Part shown: in pieces, positions 1 to 13,142 of the stretch
How the letters are laid out: every line of letters begins with the position of its first letter
Numbering within the stretch: the first letter of the stretch is position 1
Assembly (NCBI GenBank): GCA_965644295.1
Contig: CBFFRP010000162.1
Span: 34,007-98,006 of the forward strand
Direction of reading: 5' to 3'
From: Paraphysomonas bandaiensis
Lineage: Eukaryota > Protista > Chrysophyceae
DNA length: 64,000 bases
Position numbers and translations under genes: made by a program
Notes under the pieces: model-generated
Told to the model about the DNA's origin: nothing
Databases searched by the model: none
Seen by the model: only the letters and a program-made list of their open reading frames with translations

Positions 1-380
1 TATAATGCAACACATTTCCTAACTAGCACATTTCCTCAGGGAAAGGAATTATTAGTTATATCTGATACATATTGATAGTGTGTAGTTCGACGCAACAGCG
101 TTCTTTCAATTTCTCTTCGCACATGGTACTCACTCAATTCCAAACAATATAAAAAGTGCACTGAAAGATCATATCGGCATACACTTCACTACCGGAGTGC
201 ATACAGGACACTGTTCTCGGCATATAACACCACATCTTCAAGTAGGCATTGTAAAATACTGATAGTACATAAATTCAATTGTCATCAAATCAAGTCAGAA
301 ATAGAATGAATGCTATGTGATTCCCCAATGCACGTAGCATATTTGACACCATCCACAATAGTAAATGTGAAACTGTGAAC

Positions 381-2937
381 TTACAATCCTAAAATAGCGG
401 ATTGTCTCATTCTGTTTGTACTATCGGTTGCTTCCAAAAGAGGTGATGGTTTCATTTTGTGAATCGAAGTGTACACATCTGTTCACACAATAAAATATTT
501 TATCAGACCGAATGTACACACACCTACCTAGTAAAACATGCTCGATTTCTGAAACTACGAAAGGTCGTTTTAGAACGACATCACCACCACAGCGCACAAA
601 CCTCTCGTTGGTGTCGGGCATGTTCTCATTTGATAATAACACAGTCTTTCCAGTAAATCCAACTTTTCTAATGTTTGAAATAACTGCAAGGGGATTGCGT
701 CCGGGCAAATCGCAATGGATAAATATGACGTCGATAGGATCCGCCAGACTAACTGACATATCTGCCGCCGATATCGTCTCGTTTCCATTGCATGTTTCTA
801 CGGTTTCCTCAATGTGTCCGCAGTTACCAAGGGCAGCCCGCACTAGCTCCCGCGTTTCTCGGCAGGTGGACGCAATTAGTACGCGCTTCAGCTCTACATC
901 AACAATTGTTATCACCTTCTCCTCAACGTTGTATCCCATTTCTACATCTCCAGCGTCGTCGTCGGAGGTCATCAAAGTGGGGTGTTTCCGCTCCGAACCC
1001 GTGGTCAGATCGTCTACTGTGTTGATCAAAGATATGGTGGGGTCCACAGTCTGAAGCTCAATGAAAAACATGCAACCCTTTCCACATTCAGACACCACCC
1101 CCAAATTACCATTATGCAGTTTGACAAGAGTATTGGATACTACAAGGAAAATGTATGAGCAAAAAAATATGTGCTTATATTTTGCAGACAACATAGTCAG
1201 CTACTATTAACACAGTTATATTACAGCGGAGGAATCTACTCACTCCAAACTCCTACTCCCGACCCTTCAGCTGCTGCTGACGCGGCATTGTCCTGCATTG
1301 TCCTTCTAAATATTTCAGCTTGCTTCTCCTATGTGATTACGACGTAATCAGATATATTCGGAAATAGGTCTAGGAGTTACGATACGGCGGTTTACCTCAG
1401 GTATGCCAGGACCAGTGTCGTGAATCTCAATCCGTAATATATCGTCCTTCGACCTTAAACCATTTTCCTCATCACCAACTTCCTCCGCTGTCGTATCACG
1501 TTTTATGAAACAGAATACACTTACTTGTCCCCCCGAGGGGGTATATTTCAAGGCATTGGACACTAAATTCCGAATGACTTGCGTTATCTTATTCTCATCT
1601 ACATCTATCATCGCATTGAGTGCATTGTCGTGGATGTATTCTGCTCCACGGTACGCCAGAGTTATATCAGCCCGTCTGGCCTGCACGGAAAAGTAATACC
1701 ATGAGACAGTCATAAACACAATTACAGAATACGCACCATAAACTCCATCGGCTTCATGGCATTGCAGATCACATCCACAGCTCGCACTATTCGCCGATAT
1801 AGAAACAGCTTATTATCTTCCATATCGTCCACAATAAATATATCGTCCAGGACGCGGTCAACCAGTCCACATGAAACTTTAATATCTGACACCAAACGCT
1901 CTAATTCTTCGGCATTAGCCAGCCGGCGGCTCATATCAATGGCCAGATCTAGACCGATGTAGACAGTATCAAGCGTCATCCGTACTTCTCTGGATACGTA
2001 TTTGACAAACCGTTTTTTGATAGAAAACAAGTTCTGTACCAAGAACACGTAAATTAAATGTAAAGTAACTTCATCAGATCACCTCAGCAGTAGACTTTTC
2101 TTTGCGCGCAATATAAGCAGGTATCATGGCGCCTAGTACACTTACAACCACGTCGTTGAGTATATTTTGCGCAGTGTTGACGTATAGTCGCTCCAGATTC
2201 ATTGGTTCTGATTCTCCCGGCTGCTCAAGGCTCAACTTCAGAATAACCTTGATAAGCAAGTTGATGATTAGCAGTACAGAGTAATAATGGCTGTACTGCG
2301 CATCGTGGGTGTCCACATTCCTTGATTTGCATGACTGCACTAGTCGGGATACGACTACGTACAAGAACGTGGCCATCCAGGAAAGATACACAAAGTTTAC
2401 CACTGTGTACACTACGATAGGAATGCGGTCAGGGAAGAAAGGGTACCAAACACGTGCATTAAGGTCACAAGAAACAACAAGTACCCCAACTTCATAAACT
2501 CTTCTGGAAAATAAAGAAAAATGTTTAATATCATGATACATATGACTCATAAGAGCAGATCGTAATAGAATACTCTTTGCAATAGTACTTGATATAAATA
2601 ATACTTTAGAATGTGATTTAAAATACATTATTGCACTAGGTACTAATAATGATAATATATGAGTAAATCTTGGTAGTGTGATAGTATATGGAAGATTGAC
2701 ATCTAAGAAAGCCTCTAACATGATTGGTATCGTTACAGCCATTGCAACTAATTCAGAACGTACAGCAAATTCAAAAGCATGATCTGATATACCATCTTTA
2801 ATATCCTCATCTATAAGATACCCCATAAAATAAGGGATATATATAGAAAATGCGGATATATATGCACATCCCAGAAAATAATAGATTGAGAAATCTTTTT
2901 TACTTTTACGTGTATTAAGTATGTGATATGTAGTCAT
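381..2937 (-). CDS. Multi-exon membrane hybrid histidine kinase-like protein (TM region, HisKA-like, HATPase_c, receiver-like); probable pseudokinase
   Basis: ORF 2074-2949 is multi-TM. ORF 1722-2048 has an H-box-like FVKYVSREVRMTL. ORF 1348-1719 has the N-box IRNLVSNALKYT and G1 box IHDTGPGIP. A small exon at ~1242-1329 reads EGSGVGVW (G2 box). ORF 421-1194 has a receiver-like fold (DVIFIHCDLP...VLKRPF). Last exon inferred as 478-381. Confidence 0.85.
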
Positions 2938-3010
2938 TAGTAATATCAAAGAATGATAAAAGAGAAGAATAGAAGGATATGATTGTATATAGAAGTTATA
3001 GAGTGTTTAA

Positions 3011-3069
3011 TGTATGTATGTATGTATGTATGTATGTATGTATGAATAGTGAGAGAGAGTGTTACCTTC

Positions 3070-3105
<36 letters not shown>

Positions 3106-3111
3106 TGTATG
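3011..3111. repeat. Two short (TATG)n microsatellite tracts upstream of the HK-like gene
   Basis: Visible at ~3011-3044 and ~3077-3111. Confidence 0.95.
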
Positions 3112-5067
3112 GACGACTGGGTATGATTCTCTGTCTTACGATCTACTAGAGTATACTTCAACCATTACATGGATATGTCGAGACATACGATACAATATAA
3201 AAATCAGAGAAAATCTGGAGATATAGATGAAAACTTCTATTTTTTATTAAATTATGGAAAATATTGTTTTAGAAAGGTAGGATTTTCTACTTAGAACAGG
3301 TAACGTACATATACGTAATTGCAGGATTCTGAGGGAATATAAAATAATTTGAAAGTACAATTTCAAACTAGTAAATGTGACCAAGATTTGGCTATTAGTC
3401 TAAAAATACGGAATTCATGGAAATGTGTACTACAAAATACAGCATTTCAACAGCATTAAATTCGAAAAAGTATTTTTTTGTATAAAACTACACTATGTTA
3501 AGAAACCTATGGTTTACGAACATTAAAAGCGCAAAACATAGGTTTTTTAAGCATTGCAAAACTAGAAAAATATATTATGCAAACTCTGGAGCTGCCTGAG
3601 AGGTACGTGCCCATCAGCGGTCCATCTTGAGGTGCATAATCCAGCAGTGCACTTGCATCAAGGTATGCATGGGAAACTAACTGCAACTTTTGCTTCAATG
3701 GAGCAAGATATCATGTGATAGTAAGATATGAATACATGCAACAATCAATGATTAGGAATATATTCATGCAACAGTGTGTCGTGTGCAATATTAACAGCCT
3801 TTCGAAAGTAACTACGAGCTCCTTACCGGGCACTCACAACTCAGACTCATTCATGCATAAGCGTAAGAGGTATGACTCCTATAATGGGATTGTAAGCATG
3901 ACATAGTTATATGGTGTTGTCACGCAGTGTAGCAGCCCGCTGGCATGCACTTTGAATCTCTTTAAGACTCTCATAGATAAAGCTTTTTGCCTTTTCAAGC
4001 ATATCGTGGTGCAAGTCCAGGGTAGGCAACTGTGCTACACCTCGCCACTGTATCAGCATCAGCAGGTAAATCTTGGAGTAAAAGTGCCTTTTTTATTTGA
4101 GCAGCAAGCCCATGCGGATAGCTGCACTAGCATTCTTGCTTACCTGCACCCGAAGATTCACAGGGGCATTCAGCATAGAAGTCCAGAGTAGTTTGACGAA
4201 CCTCACTCTTTTTTCTGTTTTGAAGCTGCAGTATCAGGATTTATATACGCATATAAATCTCTACACTGTACTGGTGGTTAATACTGTATACATCACTATT
4301 ATACAGATTGCAAACTAAGACAGAGCGTATAGGCAGTACCTCCATGCCAGATAGATAGTCGATTGAATTTCCATGGGTCGGCACAAAGTTCTACCTCTGA
4401 TTTACAAGTACTTCAATAGCATCATGCTGTAGCACAATTCTAGTACTACCTGACTTGATCCATGGTCCTAGTATCTCATGTGAGAACTTTATATGTCGTA
4501 AGCGTACATGTGACTAAATAGATTAAAAAATTGGGAAATATTTCTTATTGAAACTTATTATAAAATAGAGAAGTTGGTGAGCTGTAATATGTAGAAGGAT
4601 TTCGTCTACCGGCTCAATATAAGAGTTCTGTTGAACCACAACGGGTCAAAAAACGCATTTATGAGACTACTAAATATGGATAATAGTCGTATTGACTCGA
4701 ACTATTACGATACAAAAACCCTTTTCTTAAGTTGTTTTTGGGTGTATCTGTTGCACTTGTTATAAATTTCGGCGAGTTCCAAGCAGTATTGTGCAAGGGA
4801 ACAGATTGTTATTAGAAATTATCTTTTTATTGCAGATAGATTAACAAGTACTTATTTTCTTACAGCATTCTCTCGTTATATATTATGTATAATTGTCTTA
4901 GCTCGTTCAGAGGCGATAAAACTAGTGGTACTTATAAAAGTTACTATCATAGCGATGAGAGATACACCATTATAGCATAGCCACTTACAATCGAAATTAG
5001 CCACATCAAATATACATACTTCTATTTACTCTAAATTACGATCCAAAGCGATGTTTGTACCAACAAT

Positions 5068-8000
5068 CTACTCATCATTTCGTCGGAGATAAGACGCTGG
5101 TGCCCACCCAACCTGTCCATAAGTGTTCCGTACAGACCACCAATCCTCCTTGGTGGCATCTTCTATAATCACCGTCTCACCTGCGCGCATATTAAGCATA
5201 CCCTCCTGTGCTGCGGCACAATCGAACATAACGGTTGCAGAAGGAGGGAGTGATACTTTTGGTTTGCTTCTCGCTACAGGACGTGGTACGATTGGTGGCG
5301 CTGGGACATCGGAAGATTCCTTTGCAGGCCGAGGTGGTGGTGGAGGCGGGGCATCAGAAGATTCCTTTCCAGGCCGAGGTGGTGGTGGAGGAGGGACATC
5401 TTCTGCTTCGGATTCAGCCCTAGATGTTGAATGCTCGAATGATTTCTTTGCAGTATTTCCTGAAGATATAATATTCCCACCAGCAGATACCATGGTTACA
5501 TTAGGAGTAACGGAGCGACGAGGCTTCGCAACACCGGTTGCTGAATTGCTGCCAGCACCGGACAACATCGATGGAGCAAGACTGGAAGTTACTGCATCTG
5601 TGACAGCACGGCCAGTCTTAGACGGAGATTTACCAGCTTGTATAACTACAACATCATGTTCGCGAAATTTTTCGTCTATGATTTTGCCTTGAAACTCTTG
5701 CAGAAGGTGGTTTAAATCCTCGTTGTTCACTCGCTGGGTTCGGTGACCACTATATGAACAATAATGAAGATAAAGTTTGAAACGATCCTTGGATTCTACT
5801 GGAGCCTGTCGGACACTATGAATAACTCTATATATGAATGGAAACATCTCACCTGCTGCCGAATGAACATAGCGACGTAGTTGTCAATAGCAACGGGGGG
5901 TGGGAAGCAGGACAACAGCAGCGATAACATTTTCCACCCCATTGCCAAGGACTCATGAGACGGGTTGTCCGAGAGCTGTTTCATGGTTTGCACATACATC
6001 TCGGTGCGCATGGCCTCAGATCCTTCAATGCCCGTGTTGAGATATTCCACAGCAAGCATTGCGGGGTCTGCGCAAATATATCGTTAATGTACTATCACAT
6101 TAAAACCAAATACGCACATTGATACTTTCTGTCTCCCATGTAGCCCATTAGGTTCTTGAATTGTTTCACAGCTTCCTTTGCTTCCTTGTTATCATGCATT
6201 GCAGTCAAAGACTGATGGATCGGTGCCGTTGTGTACTTGAGCATTCCTTTGCAAAGTTCAGTTTTGTTAGTGCCTATTCCGAAAAATTTGCTCGAGGCCC
6301 ACTCCATCCCATTTCTGAGTACACCGCATGCTGGGCCAAACTCGAACATAGTGCCATGCATGTCCAGAATTAAATCCTTCAAGCGAATCTCCCTGTTGAT
6401 TCGCCGGTCCTCATCACCCATTTCAGTCGCCCTAGTCAATTGCTTTCGTACGAATTTATCTTCAGGGAGCCCCAATGTAGTCTGAATCTCAGTTATAGTA
6501 GGGCTGTTGTAGGTGTAATCCCTGGCCTGCTCGACTGCAGTCTCCATGTCGGGCTTACTTAGGCGGTTTAGTGCCTCCATCGCCATACGTTCAATTTCAG
6601 CAACCGCATCTAGCCACGACTTGACTTCCTGTACACAGGGGCTGCTGTAAGAGTACCCTTCTGCCTCCGCAAGAACTTTCTCCATCTCTGACTTGTCACG
6701 AGCGTCGTAAGCCCTCTCAGCCCAAGGATCTATCTTGTTACTGATCTCAAGCCACCTTTCCACCTCTTCTATTTTTGGGCTACTGTAGGCATACGCTTTC
6801 GCCTCTTGTACAACAAGAATCATCTCACATTTATCAAAAACCTCTAGCGCCTCTTTCGCCCAAGGTTCTAACTTGGCACTGGCAGCCTTTCTAAGTTTGT
6901 CCCTTACTATTTTCTCGGCTTTACTATCACCTCCCTGCCCAGGTATGTGGGAAATAGCATTCGAACGCGTCACAGCAGAGGCGAAATCAGCGAAGTGCAC
7001 AGAGGCATCCATGTCCTGCAGCCGACGGAACTCCTGTTCCAACTCAGTCCACTCTTGCAGGGCAAAACGGCGTTCACGACAGGCGACCAGGTAATGCGGA
7101 TCGAAATTGTATATCGCACGATACGGAGCAAATGCATCATTGCTCAGCTGGATAGCATTATCGAACAGAGACACATCATTGCCATTCTTGAGTGCGCGGT
7201 CGCATATTACTTTAACGCGCTTGAGGGCTGCTATACACCGCCGAGATATATACCTCCGCACTTGTCGTTGTGCGATGGCATATATGGTATCGAGATAGAG
7301 ATTGCGCAGCAACTCTAGCACTCTGTGCTCTTCTGCCCGATATAAAACCATTGTACGCCCGATAGCAACTCCAGAGAAGTCTTGTGGTACACTCTCCAGG
7401 ATAGTTACACAAGCAGTTTCCATATCCTGGCCTCGGGGAATAGTGATGGAACCATGCTTCTTCTTGAGTAAATAGTGATACCGTGATACAAATTCTGCGT
7501 GAGGAAGCCGAAAAGGATACCCAGTTTTTCGAATCTGTACAGCTTCAAATACCCCGGCGTATGTGAGCTGCTCCAGACACATTACGGCGTTGAACTGTTG
7601 TGGTCGCTTCGCGTCATTGGGTTTGATACAGCGGATATAGTGAGGGTGTGTCAGGTTACAAACATCCATGAGGTTATTAAGTTGCTTCCTAAAGGCACCA
7701 CCCAGTGTATCCACACGCCTAGGGTTGCTGTCTTTGACAGGGAAAAGCTGTTGGAAGTTGGGATGACTTGCGGATGACATTAAATCATAAAGATCACGAA
7801 ATACACTGTCTCTATTCTTATCGCAAAACCCGGTACAATCATACCCCACAGCACCTGCGATGAAGAGAATTTAGTTTTATAGCAGATATTAACTGCACTA
7901 CCCACCAGCGTAGTGAAGTACAAAGAAAGAAGTCTTTGATTTAGACTGCACCTTTAACCAGTTCGGGTGGTTGGCGTGGTGAGTGGAGCACTTGGCAAGC

Positions 8001-10153
8001 CACTTTAGCTCGTCTCCTTTTGGTAACCTCACCTCTTCATCTAAGAGATTCATCAAACCGTAGGGTTTCTTCTCGATCAGATCCAGGACTGTCTGGTTAT
8101 CGATGAAAGTGACTGGCTCGTACGGCACGCCTTCAGACTCGTAAACATGCTCTTCCTCTTTGAAAGTGTGGGCATTGAAATGTTGCTGCAGCTTTTCGTT
8201 TGTGAAATTGATGCACAGCTGCTCAAAAGAATTCTTCTCAAAAATTTCGAAACCAAATATGTCAAGGACCCCTATGAAGTGTCCAGACTCTCCTTTCACG
8301 GAGGCATTAATCCGCATCACTAGCCAATTAAACAGCTCGTTGTATACTGCCTTAGCAAGGGCATCAGCAGCTTCCTGAGCCTCTTTCGGTTTGTGTAGAA
8401 TGTGATTAACTTCGCCACGTATCTCCAAGGTACGATGGCAGAGCGCATTTATTAGTCGCGTGGTCTCGATCTACAAAAAATATGTACCGCGTTGTCAGAG
8501 TACTGTACAAGGATAAATACCCAACCTTCAAGTATTTAGCGGCAGCGTCAACTGCAGTGTTGCACGATGGATCCACTACACTGCCTTCATCATCAGGCAA
8601 AAAAGTCACATTTCCCAGATGCAGTATTCCTGCCACACACTCCATTACCCACTGGATATCGCTCTCAGAAAACTCCAGCTGGTGGAACGCAGCACTACAA
8701 CGATATCACTGTAAGTGAGCAGCACAATATAAGGACTACGAACGTACGTGAGATCAGAGAAATCATCGCTATCGTTGATACCAGGAACAGTGATGCACCC
8801 GCTGCTACAGAGGTAACGAAAACCCATCGGTCCGCACGACAAACCAAAAGATGATGCCATGTTAGCACAGAGCTACAGATTACGAACTTTAGTTGAGGAC
8901 TGCGCAGACATAAGGTCATCATCAATCACCTGATAAAACACATGATAATTTCTTTCGCCTTTATTCTGGAAAACAACTCGACTCTTTTCAAGTAGGTAAT
9001 TTTCAATGGCTGCCCCGATGATGCTTCCTCGCCCAGAAAAGTGGACGGCTGTCCATCGGCCAAATCTCGAAGAGTTATTATTTCTGAGAGTCTTGGCATT
9101 TCCGAAGGCCTCAAGGACAGGGTTAGCGTTTAGAATTTTCTGCTCAAGTGCGGATTCCGACCCCGCTATTTCGGCCAAAAAATTGAAACATTGCTTGGTT
9201 GCCTCCGTTTTTCCAGCACCTGACTCGCCCGATATCAGGATAGCTTGATTCCGGAGCTCCGACCTCAAATTTTCATAAGCAGAAGAAGCGATAGCGAAAG
9301 TATGAGGGGGGTCCAATTTATTTGGTGACGGATGGGCAAATTCTGTCATTGTTGAAACAGTGTATATAGGTAGCTGTTTGAATGGATTGATGCTCACCAA
9401 TACACTATGAGATGCCCCGACCCAAGTATAGATCTGGTCAGCATTGTACCGTTCCCTAAGTAAATGAATCATCTGTGCCTGGTTGAGGCTGTCCACCATG
9501 ACCATATCGTCCACCTGACTTCCCAGACTAGATTTACTCAGATTCCACAAAGGCTCTTTGGCAGACTGTGTTACAGTCGTCATCGACTTGTCGGGAAGTA
9601 CAACAGTGACGTTCGCCCCTGATCTTTCCTTTACTCGCACAGGAATCCAAGCCTCCACAGGATCCGATAACCACACCCATTCTCCGTCATCTTCCGCGCG
9701 TTCTGCGTCACTTTTAAGTGCATACGGTTTGTCCCATGTGACCGATTCAGACAACGTATTGTAATAATAACACACACCATCAGCAGTCAAGCGCTCTTGC
9801 CACATCTTATCAACATCTACACCACTTCTATGAGTAGAAGAAGGTCGACGACAAGGACGTGAAGGAGGAGGTGGTGGTGGTGGTGGATTGGGACGATCAA
9901 TTACTGATACTAACTCTTCAATCTCTTCTATAGGGGTCCAATTACTCATACCATCACACCAAGCCATATTACTACGACCAATACACTGTATACATACAAT
10001 ATATACCGTATTAATAGATTATCTTCATAGATATACTGTAGTTATATATATATCTACCTTAGCTTTAACGAGAGAGATAATAGCCTCAGCTGTCATTGGA
10101 TCAGAGGCCTGATTACCAGCGTTATCTACGTAGTAATAATACTTATCTGGCAT
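5068..10153 (-). CDS. Unconventional myosin: GYF_2-like, Pro-rich, WW, N-terminal SH3-like, motor, IQ-like, 46-aa helical repeats, MyTH4, Pro-rich, SH3
   Basis: P-loop GESGAGKT, switch I NNNSSRFG, switch II DIFGFE, YIRCIKPN. WW: WQERLTADGVCYYYNTLSESVTWDKP. MyTH4: MGYMGDR...EMYVQTMKQL...GWKMLSLLLSCFPP. C-terminal SH3: EDWWSV...GWAPASYL. Exon 1 (ATG 10153, MPDKYYYYVDNAGNQ...) joins AWCDGMSNWTPI via GT-AG intron 10057-9986. Confidence 0.93.
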
Positions 10154-10346
10154 GGGGATTATATGGAGGGGTAGGAGGATAGGTAGTGTGTATTGTGGTA
10201 TGTGTATGGTATGATGAGATGAGAGGTGTGATTGAGATAGATATGAGGATGCCTGTGCTGTGTATATGCATACCCACAGCTACTCCTGTACTGCTGTATA
10301 TGAGTGTAAAGATGGTGTAGTGTACTACACAACTAACACTCGATGG

Positions 10347-10433
10347 ATGTATGTATGTATGTATGTATGTATGTATGTATGTATGTATGTATGTATGTAT
10401 GTATGTATGTATGTATGTATGTATGTATGTATG

Positions 10434-10467
<34 letters not shown>

Positions 10468-10730
10468 TGTATGTATGTATGTATGTATGTATGTATGTAT
10501 GTATGTATGTATGTATGTATGTATGTATGTATGTATGTATGTATGTATGTATGTATGTATGTATGTATGTATGTATGTATGTATGTATGTATGTATGTAT
10601 GTATGTATGTATGTATGTATGTATGTATGTATGTATGTATGTATGTATGTATGTATGTATGTATGTATGTATGTATGTATGTATGTATGTATGTATGTAT
10701 GTATGTATGTATGTATGTATGTATGTATGT
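10347..10730. repeat. (TATG)~96 microsatellite in the divergent myosin/TAF5 intergenic region
   Basis: Directly visible, nearly perfect (one TATA variant at ~10437). Confidence 0.98.
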
Positions 10731-10812
10731 CCAGATCATCTCTCATTCATGTTTATTTCTTCATCCATCTCATCTCGTACCTTAACATACACCCCCCTAC
10801 CCCCTTATCTAA

Positions 10813-13142
10813 ATGTCAGATGTCTTACTATTCATTAAGGCGTATCTTAAAAAGAAAGGATACGATAAAGCAGCTAGTGAATTAGATGAAGAGATAAGAG
10901 AGAAGCATCCCTCACGGTCCAGTCAAATATCTCATACATCACCATTCGGTACAGCTACTAAACTCATAATGGAATTATATGAAAATGAAGATAGACATCG
11001 TGTATTAGTGGGGGATTATGAGATATATCGTAACTGGGTGTATGAGTCGATTGATATGGTCAGACCTGAGCTACAGGCTACATGTTTCCCTCTATTTGTA
11101 GGCAGGTATGTATATATATGTATATATATGTATATATATATGTGTATATGGATATATGTATAGATGTGTGTGAGTATGTATCTTATAAAAAGGTTATTAT
11201 AATCATTTTGTTTATGTGTTTTGTATACAGTTATATTCTTATGATACGGTCAGCGCTCTACACTGAAGCAAGACAGTTATGGGATGCTGTGAATGGCGAT
11301 TTCATCGATTCTCATGCAGTAGAGATACGGGCACTTTCCCAATTTAATAATGTGTCGCAGTTGAACACTTCATTCATACAAGATAATACTTTCGTGTACG
11401 TATGTTGAGTCGCGGTCGTGTTGTATGTTTACATTTGCTGCTGCAGGAGGCGCGCTCTCCGCGGTAAATTTTGTCTGCAAATATCAGTCCTCGCTTTTGA
11501 GCTACTAAAACGTTTCTTAGTTGAGCGTGGCCTCTTGTCCATCCTTTATGTACTCAACTCAACTATCGAATTCAATATATATCAAAATGGGATGACAGAA
11601 ACAACCGCCTGTTCTGCGAAATTGGAGGACCGTAATTCTACTGGTAAGTCTAATTGCAGTGCGAAGAGTACATCTTATCGATGGATATATGCAGCAAACC
11701 ATCAGTCGTTGGATCTTCCCAAAATGACCTGGGGCGTTATGGGCAAGGGTCCATACACAGTGGAGGGGTTGACTTCGTCTGACATCCTTCCTGACTTGTC
11801 GGACCCTTATTTCAGTAACATTTTAGAGAAGCTTGTGTACCCTAAAATTTTACTTCGGGGGAGAAAGGAAGACGAAGATGGTGACGAGGGCGATGATGAC
11901 TCTGGCGATGCTCTTGAGCCTTCTGTAGTTTTTGCTTCTTTTGGCAATACCTACGGCGGCATGACATGTCTTTCTATGTCCCGTGACGCGAAGCAGGTGG
12001 TAGGTGGATTTGACGACTCTTCTGTTCGTGTGTGGAGCTACAGTGCTAACACTTTCCAGAAGCAGTCGGAAAATGAAGGGGACGATTTTGTCGGAAATAT
12101 GACCGAGATACTACCGAGGTATACGTCAGAAGGAAGTATGGAAGAGAGCAGTAATGTTGAGGGTAATTCGTCGACCCCATCCCTACATCGTACAACTTCA
12201 GCGGGGTCTCAGGTCGGAAATAAGGATGGCAGCACCTATCCATACACATTGACTTTGCGTGGGCACGTGCGTCGCGTATATGGTGTATCCCAGGAAGAAT
12301 ACAGCGGAGAATTACGACAGGTATTATCGTGTTCAGCTGACGAGACAGTGCGCCTCTGGGACACGCACCTAGGCCGGTGCGTAGCGCGGTATGACGTATG
12401 CGAAGGGGTGCCTTGGGATGTGAGCATGAGCCCACTTGGCTACTACTTCCTCACTGCCAATCAGTGTAAAACGGCCTCACTCTTCTCGACAGACCGACTA
12501 TTCAGTTTGCGAGTATTCAGTGGACACACCAGTGATGTAACATGTGTGGCTTGGCACCCTAACATGGCTTACGCAGCCGCCGGTAGTGACGATAGATGCG
12601 TTCGCCTTTGGGACATTCGTGCCAAAGGAGAATGTGTACGCTGCTTCGGTCCAGGAAGGGTGCGAGGGACGGGACTTCATGATGGTGCTGCAGCTGCGGC
12701 GTCTTTGTCACCTGTCACCGCTATACAGTGTTCACCTTGCGGCGCCATGCTGGCTGCTGGATACGAGGACGGTACCATCGCATTGTGGGATGTGCCCTCT
12801 CAACAGCTGTCTGCTATACTTTCCGGTAGTGTAGACGGCGGGAATAAGCTGAAGAAAGGATTAAAGCGAATGCGAAGAGATCCCACTGCACCGGTGTACT
12901 CGGTCGCATTTAGTGCTGACAGTTCGGCTATAGTTGCGGGTGGGAGGTCTGGAGTTTTAGGTATATGGAATATCTCACCGGCCTCTAGGTGGAGTACTGA
13001 AAATGGAACCTGTCCCCAGGATCAGCTGCTTATATCTCCACACAAATCATTTCTCACGAAACATACACCTGTATACTACGTTGGATATGGTACCAACAAC
13101 ATAGTTTATGCGGGAGGAGCAATTGACATACCGTCGTACTGA
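10813..13142 (+). CDS. TAF5: TFIID subunit 5 (LisH, NTD2, WD40 repeats), about 3 exons
   Basis: LisH-like LFIKAYLKKKGY; NTD2-like YRNWVYESIDMVRPEL...FPLFV; WD40 repeats with TAF5-type motifs (GFDDSSVRVW, SCSADETVRLWD, SPLGYYFLTA, FSGHTSDVTCVAWHPN, TKHTPVY). Confidence 0.9.

Noticed and set aside
3507-4480. GC-richer, coding-like intergenic stretch, possibly a decayed LINE
   Set aside because: Many stops and no diagnostic RT or endonuclease motif recognised.
10143-10885. ORFs of MYVC/YIHT repeats (also 19142-19960)
   Set aside because: Translations of the stop-free (TATG)n microsatellite; not proteins.
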